A stretch of DNA of 64,000 nucleotides, from the NCBI GenBank assembly GCA_009840945.1, contig VXMU01000114.1:5718-69717 (forward strand). The letters are read 5' to 3'. Below, piece after piece: positions 48,390 through 57,492 of this stretch (position 1 is the stretch's first letter; the number at the start of each line of letters is the position of its first letter). The notes under the pieces were generated by a model. The model was not told the DNA's origin, made no database searches, and was given only the letters and a program-made list of their open reading frames with translations. The translations under genes and the position numbers were made by a program. The stretch is from Chloroflexota bacterium. Its GTDB lineage: Bacteria > Chloroflexota > Dehalococcoidia > UBA2979.

Positions 48390-49478
48390 CTACTCGGAGC
48401 CCGTACCGCCCCCGCCCTGGCCGCCGCCACCCTGCCCACCGCCGCGCCCGCGGCGTCGCCGCCCGCCACGCCGGCCGCGCCGTCGCCGCTTCGGGCGGCT
48501 CTCGCCGCCTTCCTCCGTCGACTGCTGCGAGCCTTCGTCGGGCCGCTGCCGGCGCTCGCCGCTCGGGGTGTTGACGGGCTCGAGTGTCGCGACGAGGTTG
48601 TCGCGACGGTCACGGTCCTGGCGACGCACGCCCTCCTCGACGGTGGCGTCCAGCTCCTCGGGACGGACGGCCGTGCCGTACTGCGAGGCCAGCTCCTCGG
48701 CCGACATCTCGATGACCTCGTTGGTGTCGTCCATGCGCAGCCGGACGGTCTGCTTGAGCGTGCCGACCGTGATCACGCGTGCACGGCCGGCGGGCGTGGT
48801 GACGCGCTTGCCGACCTTCGGGAGCGTCCCGCGCAGCGCGCGGTACTCCTCCACCTCGAACGAGAGGCAGCAGAGCAGGCGTCCGCAGACGCCGGAGATC
48901 TTCGTGGGGTTGGGCGGCAGGTCCTGCTCGCGCGCGAGCCGCATCGAGACGTTGGGGAAGGTCGTCTGCCAGCTCTTGCAGCACAGCGCGAGTCCGCACA
49001 CGCCGACGTCGCCGAGCGAGCGCGCGCGCTCGCGGTCGCCGACCTGCTCGACCGTGACCTCCGCGTCGAGGAGGTCGGCGCACTCATCGCGCAGCCAGCG
49101 GTGCTCGACGCGCTCGGACGCCGAGAAGGTCACATGCGCCCGGGTTCCCGCGAGGTTGTAGACGACGTTCGCGACCCGCACTCGCGGGTCCTGACGGGCC
49201 GCGAGCGCCTGCGCGCGGCTGATGTCCTCCCGCGCGCGCTCGCGTGTCTCCCGCCACGCCGTGACGTCGTCCTCGGTGGCGAGGCGCTCGATCACGCGCC
49301 GCGGGCCCTCGGGCTCCGACGCGAGGACCTGGTCGGGCGCGAGCACGACCCAGCCGAGCTGCTCGCCGCGATCGGTGCGCACGACGACGTAGTCGCCGAC
49401 GCCGAGATCGAGGTCTCCGGGGCTGCACCAGGTGAGTGGGGACGCTTCATGGAAGCGGACCCCGACCGTGCCATCCAT
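48390..49478 (-). CDS. ricT: PSP1-domain protein RicT/YaaT-like with Arg/Gly-rich C-terminal tail
   Basis: Conserved cysteines GVCGLALCC...CGRLLCCLSFE of the PSP1 C-terminal domain. Confidence 0.8.
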   Translation of the reverse strand: MDGTVGVRFHEASPLTWCSPGDLDLGVGDYVVVRTDRGEQLGWVVLAPDQVLASEPEGPRRVIERLATEDDVTAWRETRERAREDISRAQALAARQDPRVRVANVVYNLAGTRAHVTFSASERVEHRWLRDECADLLDAEVTVEQVGDRERARSLGDVGVCGLALCCKSWQTTFPNVSMRLAREQDLPPNPTKISGVCGRLLCCLSFEVEEYRALRGTLPKVGKRVTTPAGRARVITVGTLKQTVRLRMDDTNEVIEMSAEELASQYGTAVRPEELDATVEEGVRRQDRDRRDNLVATLEPVNTPSGERRQRPDEGSQQSTEEGGESRPKRRRRGRRGGRRRRGRGGGQGGGGQGGGGTGSE

Positions 49479-49520
49479 GGGTGTTCCCGCCGGCGCTGCC
49501 CACGGGTCCTGAGCGCGTGC

Positions 49521-50630
49521 TCAGGACGCGAGTGCTGCGGCCGCGCGGGCCTCCTCTCCGTGCTCCGCACCCGCAACGTGCGGGAGGTCCAGCATCAGGA
49601 CCTCGATCGCAAGCTGCGGGTTGGTGTTCTCGATCAGTCGCTGGCGTGTGCGCTGCGTCGCGCGCAGCGCCTCGGCGGCGGCCGCCACGGGCATCGCCGG
49701 CAGCTCCGCCACCTCGTCGGGCTGCGCGGCGTCCACGCCGGCGGCGCGCGCGAGGGCGTCGTGCCAGCGCCAGCGCCACACGTCGAGCGTGCCGAGCACG
49801 CTCGGCCGCTCGCGACGCCACTGCCCCGCGAGGCGCGAGGCGTAGTCGAAGCGCTCGTTGCGCCCCGCCGCCACAAGCCGCGCGAGGTCTTCGGCGGCCG
49901 TGTGCCGGAGCTGGATCAGCGAGGGGTCCTCGTGCAGCCGAACCGCGAGGCCGTAGCGCCCGCGCGCGAGCGCGGCGAGGCGCGACGCCTCCGCGTCGTC
50001 GAGGCCGAGGCTCTCCGTCAGCGCGCCCGCGCAGTCGGCGTGCGGCATGGGCCGCAGCGCGATCTCGCGGCAGCGCGAGCGGATCGTCGGGAGCAGCTCG
50101 TCGGGGTCGGTCGCCAGCAGGATCAGCAGCGACGACGCGGGCGGCTCCTCGATGGTCTTGAGCAGGGCGTGCCCGGCCTCGGTCTGCAGCTCGTCGGCGG
50201 TGTCGATGACGAAGATGCGCCGCGGGGCGTGGTGCGGCGGGGCGTGGAAGGGGGCGAGGCTCGACAGCCGCGTGAGCCGCCGGGCCTGGCAGATGCGGAT
50301 GCGCGTCGAGTTGTCGGCCGCGTGGTCGCGGTGGCTCTCCTCGTCGCACGGCCCGCCGATGGCGACCACCTCGAAGTCCGGCGCGCCGCCGTCCTCGACC
50401 CGCCGGCACGCCGCGCACGCCAGGCAGGGGTCGACGCCGTCCGCGGGCGCCTCGCAGTGGATCGCCTGCACGAGGCGCCGTGCGAGCGTGGCCTTGCCGA
50501 CGCCCTCGGGGCCGGTCAGCAGGTAGGCGTGCGCGAGGCGGTCCGCGGCGAGGTCGGCGCGGAGCTGCGCGACGGCCAGCGTCTGGCCGTGTACGCCCCA
50601 CCCGGCAGGGGCCGAGGTGGAGGCGGTCAC
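49521..50630 (-). CDS. holB: DNA polymerase III subunit delta prime
   Basis: AAA+ clamp-loader fold with HAYLLTGPEGVGKATLA, a Zn module CEAPADGVDPCLACAAC and SRC motif TIRSRCREI; GTG start overlaps the lysA stop. Confidence 0.8.
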   Translation of the reverse strand: MTASTSAPAGWGVHGQTLAVAQLRADLAADRLAHAYLLTGPEGVGKATLARRLVQAIHCEAPADGVDPCLACAACRRVEDGGAPDFEVVAIGGPCDEESHRDHAADNSTRIRICQARRLTRLSSLAPFHAPPHHAPRRIFVIDTADELQTEAGHALLKTIEEPPASSLLILLATDPDELLPTIRSRCREIALRPMPHADCAGALTESLGLDDAEASRLAALARGRYGLAVRLHEDPSLIQLRHTAAEDLARLVAAGRNERFDYASRLAGQWRRERPSVLGTLDVWRWRWHDALARAAGVDAAQPDEVAELPAMPVAAAAEALRATQRTRQRLIENTNPQLAIEVLMLDLPHVAGAEHGEEARAAAALAS

Positions 50631-51970
50631 GCGTCGAGGTCCACGTCGAGCGCCATGAGGTCCTCGGGCGTCTCGCGGCGGCGCAGGACGCGCACGTCGC
50701 CGTCGTCCAGGAGCAGGCACGCGGGCTTCATCGCGAGGTTGTAGTTGGAGGCCATCGAGAGGTGGTAGGCGCCCGCGGCGGGCATCGCGACGACCTCGCC
50801 GGCGAGCAGGCGCGGCACCGCTACGTCGCGCGCGAGCACGTCGCCGGACTCGCAGTACTTGCCGGCGAGGGTGATCGTCTCCTCGGCGGCGTCGAGCGGG
50901 CGCTCGACCGCGATGACCTCGTAGGGCGAGTCGTACATCGCGGGGCGGACGTTGTCGGACATGCCGCCGTCGACGGAGACGTAGGTGCGGATGCCCGGCA
51001 CCTCCTTGCGCGCGCCGACGGTGTAGAGCGCGATGCCCGCGCGCGCGACGAGCGAGCGGCCGGGCTCGATGGTGAGCCGCGGCAGCGCGAGCCCGCGTGC
51101 GTCGGCCTCGCGGCGCAGCGCGCCGGCGATGGCCCCCGCGTAGGCGGCGGGCTCCGGCGGCTCCTGCTCGCCGCGGTAGGCGACGGCGAAGCCGCCGCCG
51201 ATCGAGAACTCGGGCATGTCGAGGCCGAGCCGGTCACGGACCACGTCGGCCCAGAACTCCGCGATCACCTCGATCGCCAGCACGTAGGGGTCGAGGCGGA
51301 AGATGGGGCTGCCCAGGTGGACGTGCAGCCCGCGGAACTCGACGTGGTCGGCGGCGGCGATAGCCTCGAGCGCGCGTTCCGCCGCGCCCGTCGCGATGGG
51401 GATGCCGAACTTCGTGTCCAGGATGCCCGTCGTCGTCTTCTCGTGCGTGTAGGCGTCGACGCCCGGCGAGAGCCGGACGAGCACCGGCTGTGTCGCGCCC
51501 ATCTCGGCGGCGACCGCTTCGAGCACCCCGATCTCGTCGATGTTGTCGATGACCACGCGCCCCACGCCCGCCTCGATGGCGAGCGCGAGCTCATCGGGCC
51601 CCTTGTTGTTGCCGTGGAAGTAGACCGTCGACATGTCCACGCCGGAGGCGCCCAGCACGGCGATCTCGCCGCCGGAGACCGCGTCGAAGCCGTAGCCCTC
51701 GGCGGCGATGAGCTGTGCGAACGGGCGGTTGAGGAACGCCTTGGCGGCGTAGACCGCGTCCGTCTCGGGGTACTCCTCGCGGAATGCATCGAGGAACCCT
51801 CGGCACTGCGCGCGCAGAGTGGCGTGGTCGTAGGCGTAGAGCGGGGTGCCGTACTCGCGGGCGAGCGCGGCGAGGTCGCAGCCGCCGACGGCGAGCGTGC
51901 CCTCGCCGGTGAGGGTCGCGCTGACGGGCAAGACGTGGGCGAGCGGCAGCGCCGCTTGCGTGGAGGTCAC
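50627..51970 (-). CDS. lysA: diaminopimelate decarboxylase
   Basis: PLP-dependent group IV decarboxylase motifs (YAAKAF, GGG, EPGRSL, CESGD). Confidence 0.9.
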   Translation of the reverse strand: MTSTQAALPLAHVLPVSATLTGEGTLAVGGCDLAALAREYGTPLYAYDHATLRAQCRGFLDAFREEYPETDAVYAAKAFLNRPFAQLIAAEGYGFDAVSGGEIAVLGASGVDMSTVYFHGNNKGPDELALAIEAGVGRVVIDNIDEIGVLEAVAAEMGATQPVLVRLSPGVDAYTHEKTTTGILDTKFGIPIATGAAERALEAIAAADHVEFRGLHVHLGSPIFRLDPYVLAIEVIAEFWADVVRDRLGLDMPEFSIGGGFAVAYRGEQEPPEPAAYAGAIAGALRREADARGLALPRLTIEPGRSLVARAGIALYTVGARKEVPGIRTYVSVDGGMSDNVRPAMYDSPYEVIAVERPLDAAEETITLAGKYCESGDVLARDVAVPRLLAGEVVAMPAAGAYHLSMASNYNLAMKPACLLLDDGDVRVLRRRETPEDLMALDVDLDA

Positions 51971-52159
51971 GGTGTCCCGCGTTCCTGCGGTGTCGTCTGC
52001 GCACTCTCGCGCTGCGCCGGGGAGCCGGGCGCGCGGCGCGCCAACGTCACACGATGGATTCGTCGCGTCGATTATTGCACGGGGCAGGGAGCGGCGGCGA
52101 CGGGGCTGGATGGAGCGGTCGGGCGAGGGCTATCCTCGACGTGCTACCGGGGGAGCGCG

Positions 52160-52429
52160 ATGCAAGCACGCCGGCCCGCCGAGGAGACCGCGCGTCTGGG
52201 CGACGCCATCTACGAACGCGAGATCCGTGCCCAGGTCGAAGCCGATCACCACGGCGAGTACGTCGCGATCGACGTCGACAGCGGGTGCTGGGCGATCGCC
52301 GACGAGTTGCGTGCCGCCTCGAAGCGTCTCCGCGAGGAGCAGCCCGACGCCACCGATGTCTGGCTGATGCGCGTCGGGCATCGCGCCTTGCACCACTTCG
52401 GTGGCCGCCCGCTCCGGAGCTCCGAGTGA
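52160..52429 (+). CDS. hypothetical small protein (89 aa) coupled to retropepsin-like protease
   Basis: ATG 52160; stop overlaps the downstream GTG (GTGA). Confidence 0.5.
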   Translation: MQARRPAEETARLGDAIYEREIRAQVEADHHGEYVAIDVDSGCWAIADELRAASKRLREEQPDATDVWLMRVGHRALHHFGGRPLRSSE

Positions 52430-52794
52430 TCGAAGGCGTGGTCAACGCCTCACGGGAAGCAGTGGTCCTCCTCACCGTGAACGGCCCCGCGGGGGCGACG
52501 CGTGACATCGAAGCGATCGTCGATACCGGTTTTGGGGGCTTCCTCACACTACCGCCTGAACTGGTGACGGAACTCGGTCTGGGCTTCGAGGGCATCGGCC
52601 GCGCGACCCTCGGCGACGGCAGCGAGATCACGTTCCCGTACTACGACGTCAGTGTCCTCTGGGAGGGCCAACCGAGGTTCGGCCTGGCGGACGCAGCGGA
52701 CACCACGCCGCTGGTTGGCATGTCGCTGCTTGCGGATCACAGCCTGTACGTCGAGGTCGAAGAGGGTGGGCGCGTAGTGATTCAGGCACGCTGA
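52426..52794 (+). CDS. retropepsin-like (clan AA) aspartyl protease
   Basis: IVDTGFGGFLTLP carries the DTG active-site triad in the context of the bacterial retropepsin-like family; 122 aa. Confidence 0.6.
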   Translation: MIEGVVNASREAVVLLTVNGPAGATRDIEAIVDTGFGGFLTLPPELVTELGLGFEGIGRATLGDGSEITFPYYDVSVLWEGQPRFGLADAADTTPLVGMSLLADHSLYVEVEEGGRVVIQAR

Positions 52795-52871
52795 GCCGCT
52801 CTCAAGCGCGTCTCTTCGCCCGCTGGCGGTACGCCATACGTGGCAGACGCTCACGCGCGTGCTCAGTTATC

Positions 52872-53825
52872 GTGGGCACCATGACCGACCTCGAACCGAC
52901 GCTTGGGCCGAAGGGGCTCACCGAGGTCCGCTCGCTGCTCCTCGACTGGTACGACCGCGAGTGCGAGAGCTTCCCGTGGCGCGATGCGCGCAACCCGTAC
53001 TGGGCGCTCGTCGCCGGGGTGTGCTCGCAGCAGACGCAGATGGCGCGCGCTCGGCCGCTGTGGGAGCGCTGGGTCGCGGCCTTCCCGACCGTACACGCCG
53101 TCGCCGCCGCGTCGCCCGCCGACGTGCTCCGGGTGTGGGGCAACAGCGGCTACCCGCGTCGCGCCGTCCACCTCCACGAGGCGTGCCGGCGCTGCGTGGC
53201 CCTCCACGGCGGGCAGGTGCCGAGCGATGAGCAGGCGCTGCTCGCGCTGCCGGGCGTCGGGCCGTTCACCGCCGCGATCGTCCGGTGCTTCGGCCACGGC
53301 GAGGACACCACGGCCATCGACACGAACGTCGTGCGGCTCCTCGGTCGCCTCGTGCACGGCGACCTGCAGCCGGCGAAGGAGACGCCGCCGGCCGAGATCG
53401 CGGAGACGGCGCGATGGCTCACACCCGCGGGCTTCGCGAGCCGCTGGAACCCGGCGCTGATGGACTTCGGCGCGCGGGTCTGCACGCCGCGGCCACACTG
53501 TGAGGCGTGCGACCTCGCGCGCTTCTGCGCCGCCAGGCCTCGCTTCGAGGCCGGCGAGGAGGCCGAGCCCGTGCGCGCCCAGGCAGCGTTCGAGGGCTCC
53601 GACCGCCAGCTGCGCGGCCGCATCATGGCCGCACTCCGAGACTCCGCCGGACCGGTCCGCACCGCGCTGCTGGCGCGCGACCTCGCTTCGGACGCCGAGG
53701 GACGCGCGCGCGTGCGGCGGCTCCTCGGCGCGCTGTGCGAGGAGGGCCTCGCGTGGCAGCGCGACGGCTCCTGCGGGCTCGACACCCGCACGCCGGAGCC
53801 CGTGGCGAGCGAGGAGCCTTCGTAG
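52872..53825 (+). CDS. A/G-specific adenine glycosylase-like HhH-GPD base-excision enzyme (MutY/Nth family) with 4Fe-4S loop
   Basis: HhH motif LLALPGVGPFTAAIV, catalytic Asp in TAIDTNVVR and cluster CTPRPHCEACDLARFC; no obvious NUDIX-type C-terminal domain. Confidence 0.7.
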   Translation: MGTMTDLEPTLGPKGLTEVRSLLLDWYDRECESFPWRDARNPYWALVAGVCSQQTQMARARPLWERWVAAFPTVHAVAAASPADVLRVWGNSGYPRRAVHLHEACRRCVALHGGQVPSDEQALLALPGVGPFTAAIVRCFGHGEDTTAIDTNVVRLLGRLVHGDLQPAKETPPAEIAETARWLTPAGFASRWNPALMDFGARVCTPRPHCEACDLARFCAARPRFEAGEEAEPVRAQAAFEGSDRQLRGRIMAALRDSAGPVRTALLARDLASDAEGRARVRRLLGALCEEGLAWQRDGSCGLDTRTPEPVASEEPS

Positions 53826-53895
53826 CGCCGCCCGGCCGCCCGTCCCCGTTTGGTAGGCTGCACGCCGACATCCGTGAACGGGAGGGAGACCCCGC

Positions 53896-54543
53896 ATGCC
53901 CGAGGTGTACGCCGACGACCAGGTGACCGTGGAGTGGCTGGCCGACGTGGGACCGTACGGCAACAGCGCGTACATCATCCGCCCGCGCGATGAGAGCGCC
54001 CCCGTCACGGTGATCGACATCCCCACCGGCTTCGAGGTGGTGGCCGAGGCGGTCGGCGACCGCGCGGTCGAGCGCATCATCGTGACGCACTCGCACATGG
54101 ACCACACCGCCGGGTGGGACACGATGCTTGAGACGCTCAACGCGCCGGTGCTCGTGGGCGCCGAGGAGACGGACCTCGAGGAGGGCCGGGAGTTCGGCGT
54201 CCTCGCGGACGGCGACGAGGTCACCATCGGCGGGGCGACGATGCACGTGATGCATACACCGGGTCACACCCCGGGGTCGATCTCGCTGCTGCTCGGCGGC
54301 GCGGTATTCACAGGTGACACGCTCTTCCCCGGCGGCCCCGGCGCCTCGCGGACGAACGAGCTGCTGCAGCAGGAGATCGCTTCGATCACCTCGCGGCTCC
54401 ACACGCTGCCGCCCGAGACCGTCGTGCTGCCGGGCCACGGCGGGGGCACGACCATCGGCGAGTCGATCGCGGAGTACGAGGTCTTCGCGAGCAAGGAGCA
54501 CGACCCGGACCTGCACGGCGACGTGCTCTGGCTGGAGTCGTAG
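53896..54543 (+). CDS. MBL-fold metallo-hydrolase (glyoxalase II-like)
   Basis: THSHMDH, HTPGHTPGS and PGHG motifs. Confidence 0.75.
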   Translation: MPEVYADDQVTVEWLADVGPYGNSAYIIRPRDESAPVTVIDIPTGFEVVAEAVGDRAVERIIVTHSHMDHTAGWDTMLETLNAPVLVGAEETDLEEGREFGVLADGDEVTIGGATMHVMHTPGHTPGSISLLLGGAVFTGDTLFPGGPGASRTNELLQQEIASITSRLHTLPPETVVLPGHGGGTTIGESIAEYEVFASKEHDPDLHGDVLWLES

Positions 54544-54627
54544 CCGCGTCGCCCGGCCGTTGATCGTCGGGGGCGTGCTGCTACCATCGCCGCTCCGCAT
54601 GCTCCCCATGCTTGGTGAACGGCTGCG

Positions 54628-55944
54628 ATGGTGATCGAACGTACGTCGGTGAGCGTCGGCGAAGCCACGCCCGCGCCGGAGATCGTGACGCTAGACAGCG
54701 GGCTGCGCATCGTCGCGTGCCCGATGCCGCACGCGCGGTCGGTCGCCATCTCGATCTACTTCAACGCCGGCGCGCGCTACGAGGCGACCGACGCCGACGC
54801 CGGGCTCTCGCACTTCCTCGAGCACCTCTGCTTCAAGGGCACCCCGAAGCGTCCGACGCCGCGCGACGTGGCGATCGAAATCGACGCGCTGGGCGGGCTC
54901 TTCAACGCCGCCACCGACCGCGAGCTGACCGTGTACTACGGCAAGGTCGCCGCCGAGCACTCCGGGCAGGCCTTCGACCTGCTCGCCGACGCCGTGCAGC
55001 ACTCGCTGCTGCGCGACGAGGAGATCGAGCGCGAGCGGCGGGTGGTGCTCGAGGAGCTGGCCTCGGTCGAGGACGCTCCTGACGAGCAGGCCTCGCTCGC
55101 ACTCGACGGGCTGCTGTGGCCCGACCAGCCGATCGGGCGCGACGTGGCCGGCACCCCCGCGTCCGTCAACGGCATCGACGCCGACCGCATTCGTGACTAC
55201 TACCGCGAGCAGTACGTCCCCAACGCTGCCGTCGTGGCCGTGGCCGGCGCCGTCGACCCCTCGGCGCTGCGCAGCCTCGTCGAGTCCTCCGCCGCTGACT
55301 GGGCGCCGGGCACCCCCGCCCCGTGGCTCCGCGCGCGGCACGAGCCGCGAGGAGGGCGCGTGCGGCTGGTGACGAAGGAGACCGAGCAGGCCTACGTGAG
55401 CCTCGGCGTGCGTGGGCTCGACGCGCGCGACGACGACCGCTACGCGCTCGGCCTGCTCTCCGTGGTGCTGGGCGAGGGCATGTCGTCGCGGCTGTTCCTC
55501 CGCCTGCGCGAGGAGCTGGGGCTCTGCTACGACGTGCATACCTCGTCGTCGTTCCTGCAGGACGCGGGCTCGTTCGCCGTCCACGCCGGTGTCGACCCCG
55601 GCAACGCCGTCGCGACCGTCGAGGAGGTCACGCGTGAGCTCGCGCGCATCCGCTCCTCGGTCGACGCGGAGGAGCTGGAGCGCGCCAAGCAGCAGGTGCG
55701 GTCGCGCATCCAGATCCAGCTCGAGGAGTCGCGCGCGGTCTCGGCGTGGTACGGGACGCGCGCCGCGCTGGACATGCCGCTGCTCAGCCCCGAAGACGCG
55801 ATTGACGCCTTCGACGCCGTGACGCTCGAGGACATCGAGCGCGTCGCCCGGCGGCTCATCGTCGAGGACGAGCTGCACCTCGCGGTCGTCGGCCCGATCA
55901 CGGACGCCCGGCCGCTGGAGGCGCAGCTGCGCCTCCGCGAGTAG
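54628..55944 (+). CDS. M16 family zinc metallopeptidase (pitrilysin-like)
   Basis: Inverted zinc motif HFLEH...E; GTG start; 438 aa. Confidence 0.8.
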   Translation: MVIERTSVSVGEATPAPEIVTLDSGLRIVACPMPHARSVAISIYFNAGARYEATDADAGLSHFLEHLCFKGTPKRPTPRDVAIEIDALGGLFNAATDRELTVYYGKVAAEHSGQAFDLLADAVQHSLLRDEEIERERRVVLEELASVEDAPDEQASLALDGLLWPDQPIGRDVAGTPASVNGIDADRIRDYYREQYVPNAAVVAVAGAVDPSALRSLVESSAADWAPGTPAPWLRARHEPRGGRVRLVTKETEQAYVSLGVRGLDARDDDRYALGLLSVVLGEGMSSRLFLRLREELGLCYDVHTSSSFLQDAGSFAVHAGVDPGNAVATVEEVTRELARIRSSVDAEELERAKQQVRSRIQIQLEESRAVSAWYGTRAALDMPLLSPEDAIDAFDAVTLEDIERVARRLIVEDELHLAVVGPITDARPLEAQLRLRE

Positions 55945-55950
55945 GCACGC

Positions 55951-56418
55951 GTGACGACCGAGCCCGCCCCCGACACCCTCCACGCATCAGCCGACCCGGA
56001 GCGCCTCGCGCTGGTCATCCGGCTCGACGGCGCGGACGGCGCGCAGCCCGCGCGCTTCGTGCTCGTGCGCGAGGACGACGATGGGCCGCTGCGGCTCCTC
56101 GATGTGGCCGCGCCCACGTTCGACGCGAGCGTCGACGAGGTGGTCGCCAGCGTGCTGCGGACGCGGCTCGGCGTCGACCCGGCCGGGGAGGTCGCGGAGT
56201 GCGCCGAGCGCCGGCCGCGGCGCAGCGCCCGCTGGCGCGAAGGGCACGTCGGCGTGGGCTGGGTGCGCGCGGTCGCGGTCACCGTCGACGCCGCGCTCGA
56301 TCCGGCTCCGTCGGTCGTCGGCGTCGAGGCGCTGACGCTCGACGAGGCGGAGGCCGCGCTGGCCACGTCGCTGGAGCGCGCACTGTTGCGCGACGGCGCC
56401 GCGCTGCTCGAAGGCTGA
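55951..56418 (+). CDS. hypothetical protein
   Basis: GTG-start ORF of 155 aa directly after the M16 peptidase gene; no motif. Confidence 0.4.
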   Translation: MTTEPAPDTLHASADPERLALVIRLDGADGAQPARFVLVREDDDGPLRLLDVAAPTFDASVDEVVASVLRTRLGVDPAGEVAECAERRPRRSARWREGHVGVGWVRAVAVTVDAALDPAPSVVGVEALTLDEAEAALATSLERALLRDGAALLEG

Positions 56419-56427
56419 GGTCGTCGG

Positions 56428-57447
56428 CTAGCGTCGCCCCGCCCGCGCCAGCTGACGCGGGTCGCGCTTCACGGTCGGGTGGATGTCCAGGGACGACTCG
56501 GCCGGCACGGCCTCGTCCAGGTGCCGCCAGGCGGCGGCCCCGATCATCGCGGCGTTGTCCGTGCACAGTATCGGCTCGGGGATGAACACCGGCACCGGCG
56601 AGCGCTCCTGCACGATCTCGCGCAGCCGCCGGTTGGCCGCCACCCCGCCCGCCACGAGGAGCGCCCCGACGCCTTCGCGCTCCGCGACGCGCGCCGCCTT
56701 CCGCGAGAGCACGTCCACGACGGACTCTTCGAACGCCCACGCCACCTCGGCGGGCGGCGGGACGGGGCCGTCCTCGCCGGCCACGAGGCGGGCGACGGCC
56801 GTCTTGAGGCCGGAGAACGAGAAGTCGTCGCTGCCGCGCAGCCACGCGCGCGGGAGCTTGAGCGTGCGCTCGGTCGCGGTGGCGGCGAGCCGCGAGATCG
56901 GCGGTCCGCCGGGGTAGCCGAGGTCGAGCAGGCGCGCGACCTTGTCGAAGGCCTCGCCGGCCGCGTCGTCGCGCGTCCCGCCCAGGCGCTCGAAGCGGCC
57001 GTGGTCCTCCATCAGCAGCAGCTCGGTGTGCCCGCCCGAGACGACGAGGGCGAGCGCGGGCAGCGGCGGCTCCTCGGGCCCCAGCCAGTTCGCGCAGACG
57101 TGGCCCTCGATGTGGTCCGTGGGGATGAAGGGCAGGCCGCGCGCGTAGGCGATCCCTCGCGCGGCGTTGAGCCCCACGACGAGCGCGCCGGGCAGCCCCG
57201 GCCCCGCCGTCGCGGCGACGGCGTCGATGCGGTCCCACGAGCACTCGGCCTCGTCGAGCGCGCGTCGCACGACGGGGAGCAGCGCGCGCACGTGCTGCCG
57301 CGCGGCCACCTCGGGCACCACGCCACCGCTCTCGCTGTGCAGCTCGGCCTGCGACGCGACGACGTTGGAGAGCAGCCGGGTGCCGTCGACGACGACGGCA
57401 GCCGACGTCTCGTCGCACGAGGACTCGATGGCGAGCAGCGTGGTCAT
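56428..57447 (-). CDS. tsaD: tRNA N6-adenosine threonylcarbamoyltransferase
   Basis: Kae1/TsaD motifs LAIESSCDETS, HIEGH and GGVAAN. Confidence 0.9.
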   Translation of the reverse strand: MTTLLAIESSCDETSAAVVVDGTRLLSNVVASQAELHSESGGVVPEVAARQHVRALLPVVRRALDEAECSWDRIDAVAATAGPGLPGALVVGLNAARGIAYARGLPFIPTDHIEGHVCANWLGPEEPPLPALALVVSGGHTELLLMEDHGRFERLGGTRDDAAGEAFDKVARLLDLGYPGGPPISRLAATATERTLKLPRAWLRGSDDFSFSGLKTAVARLVAGEDGPVPPPAEVAWAFEESVVDVLSRKAARVAEREGVGALLVAGGVAANRRLREIVQERSPVPVFIPEPILCTDNAAMIGAAAWRHLDEAVPAESSLDIHPTVKRDPRQLARAGRR

Positions 57448-57492
57448 GCGCCTAGGGTAGCGCGCCCGCGGCTACGGATCGCCGGGGGCGGG

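Noticed and set aside
46962-50744. 1260-aa ORF on the plus strand
   Set aside because: It is antisense to the halogenase 3' region, ricT, holB and lysA, which are all well supported on their own strands. It has an Arg/Ala/Gly-rich composition.
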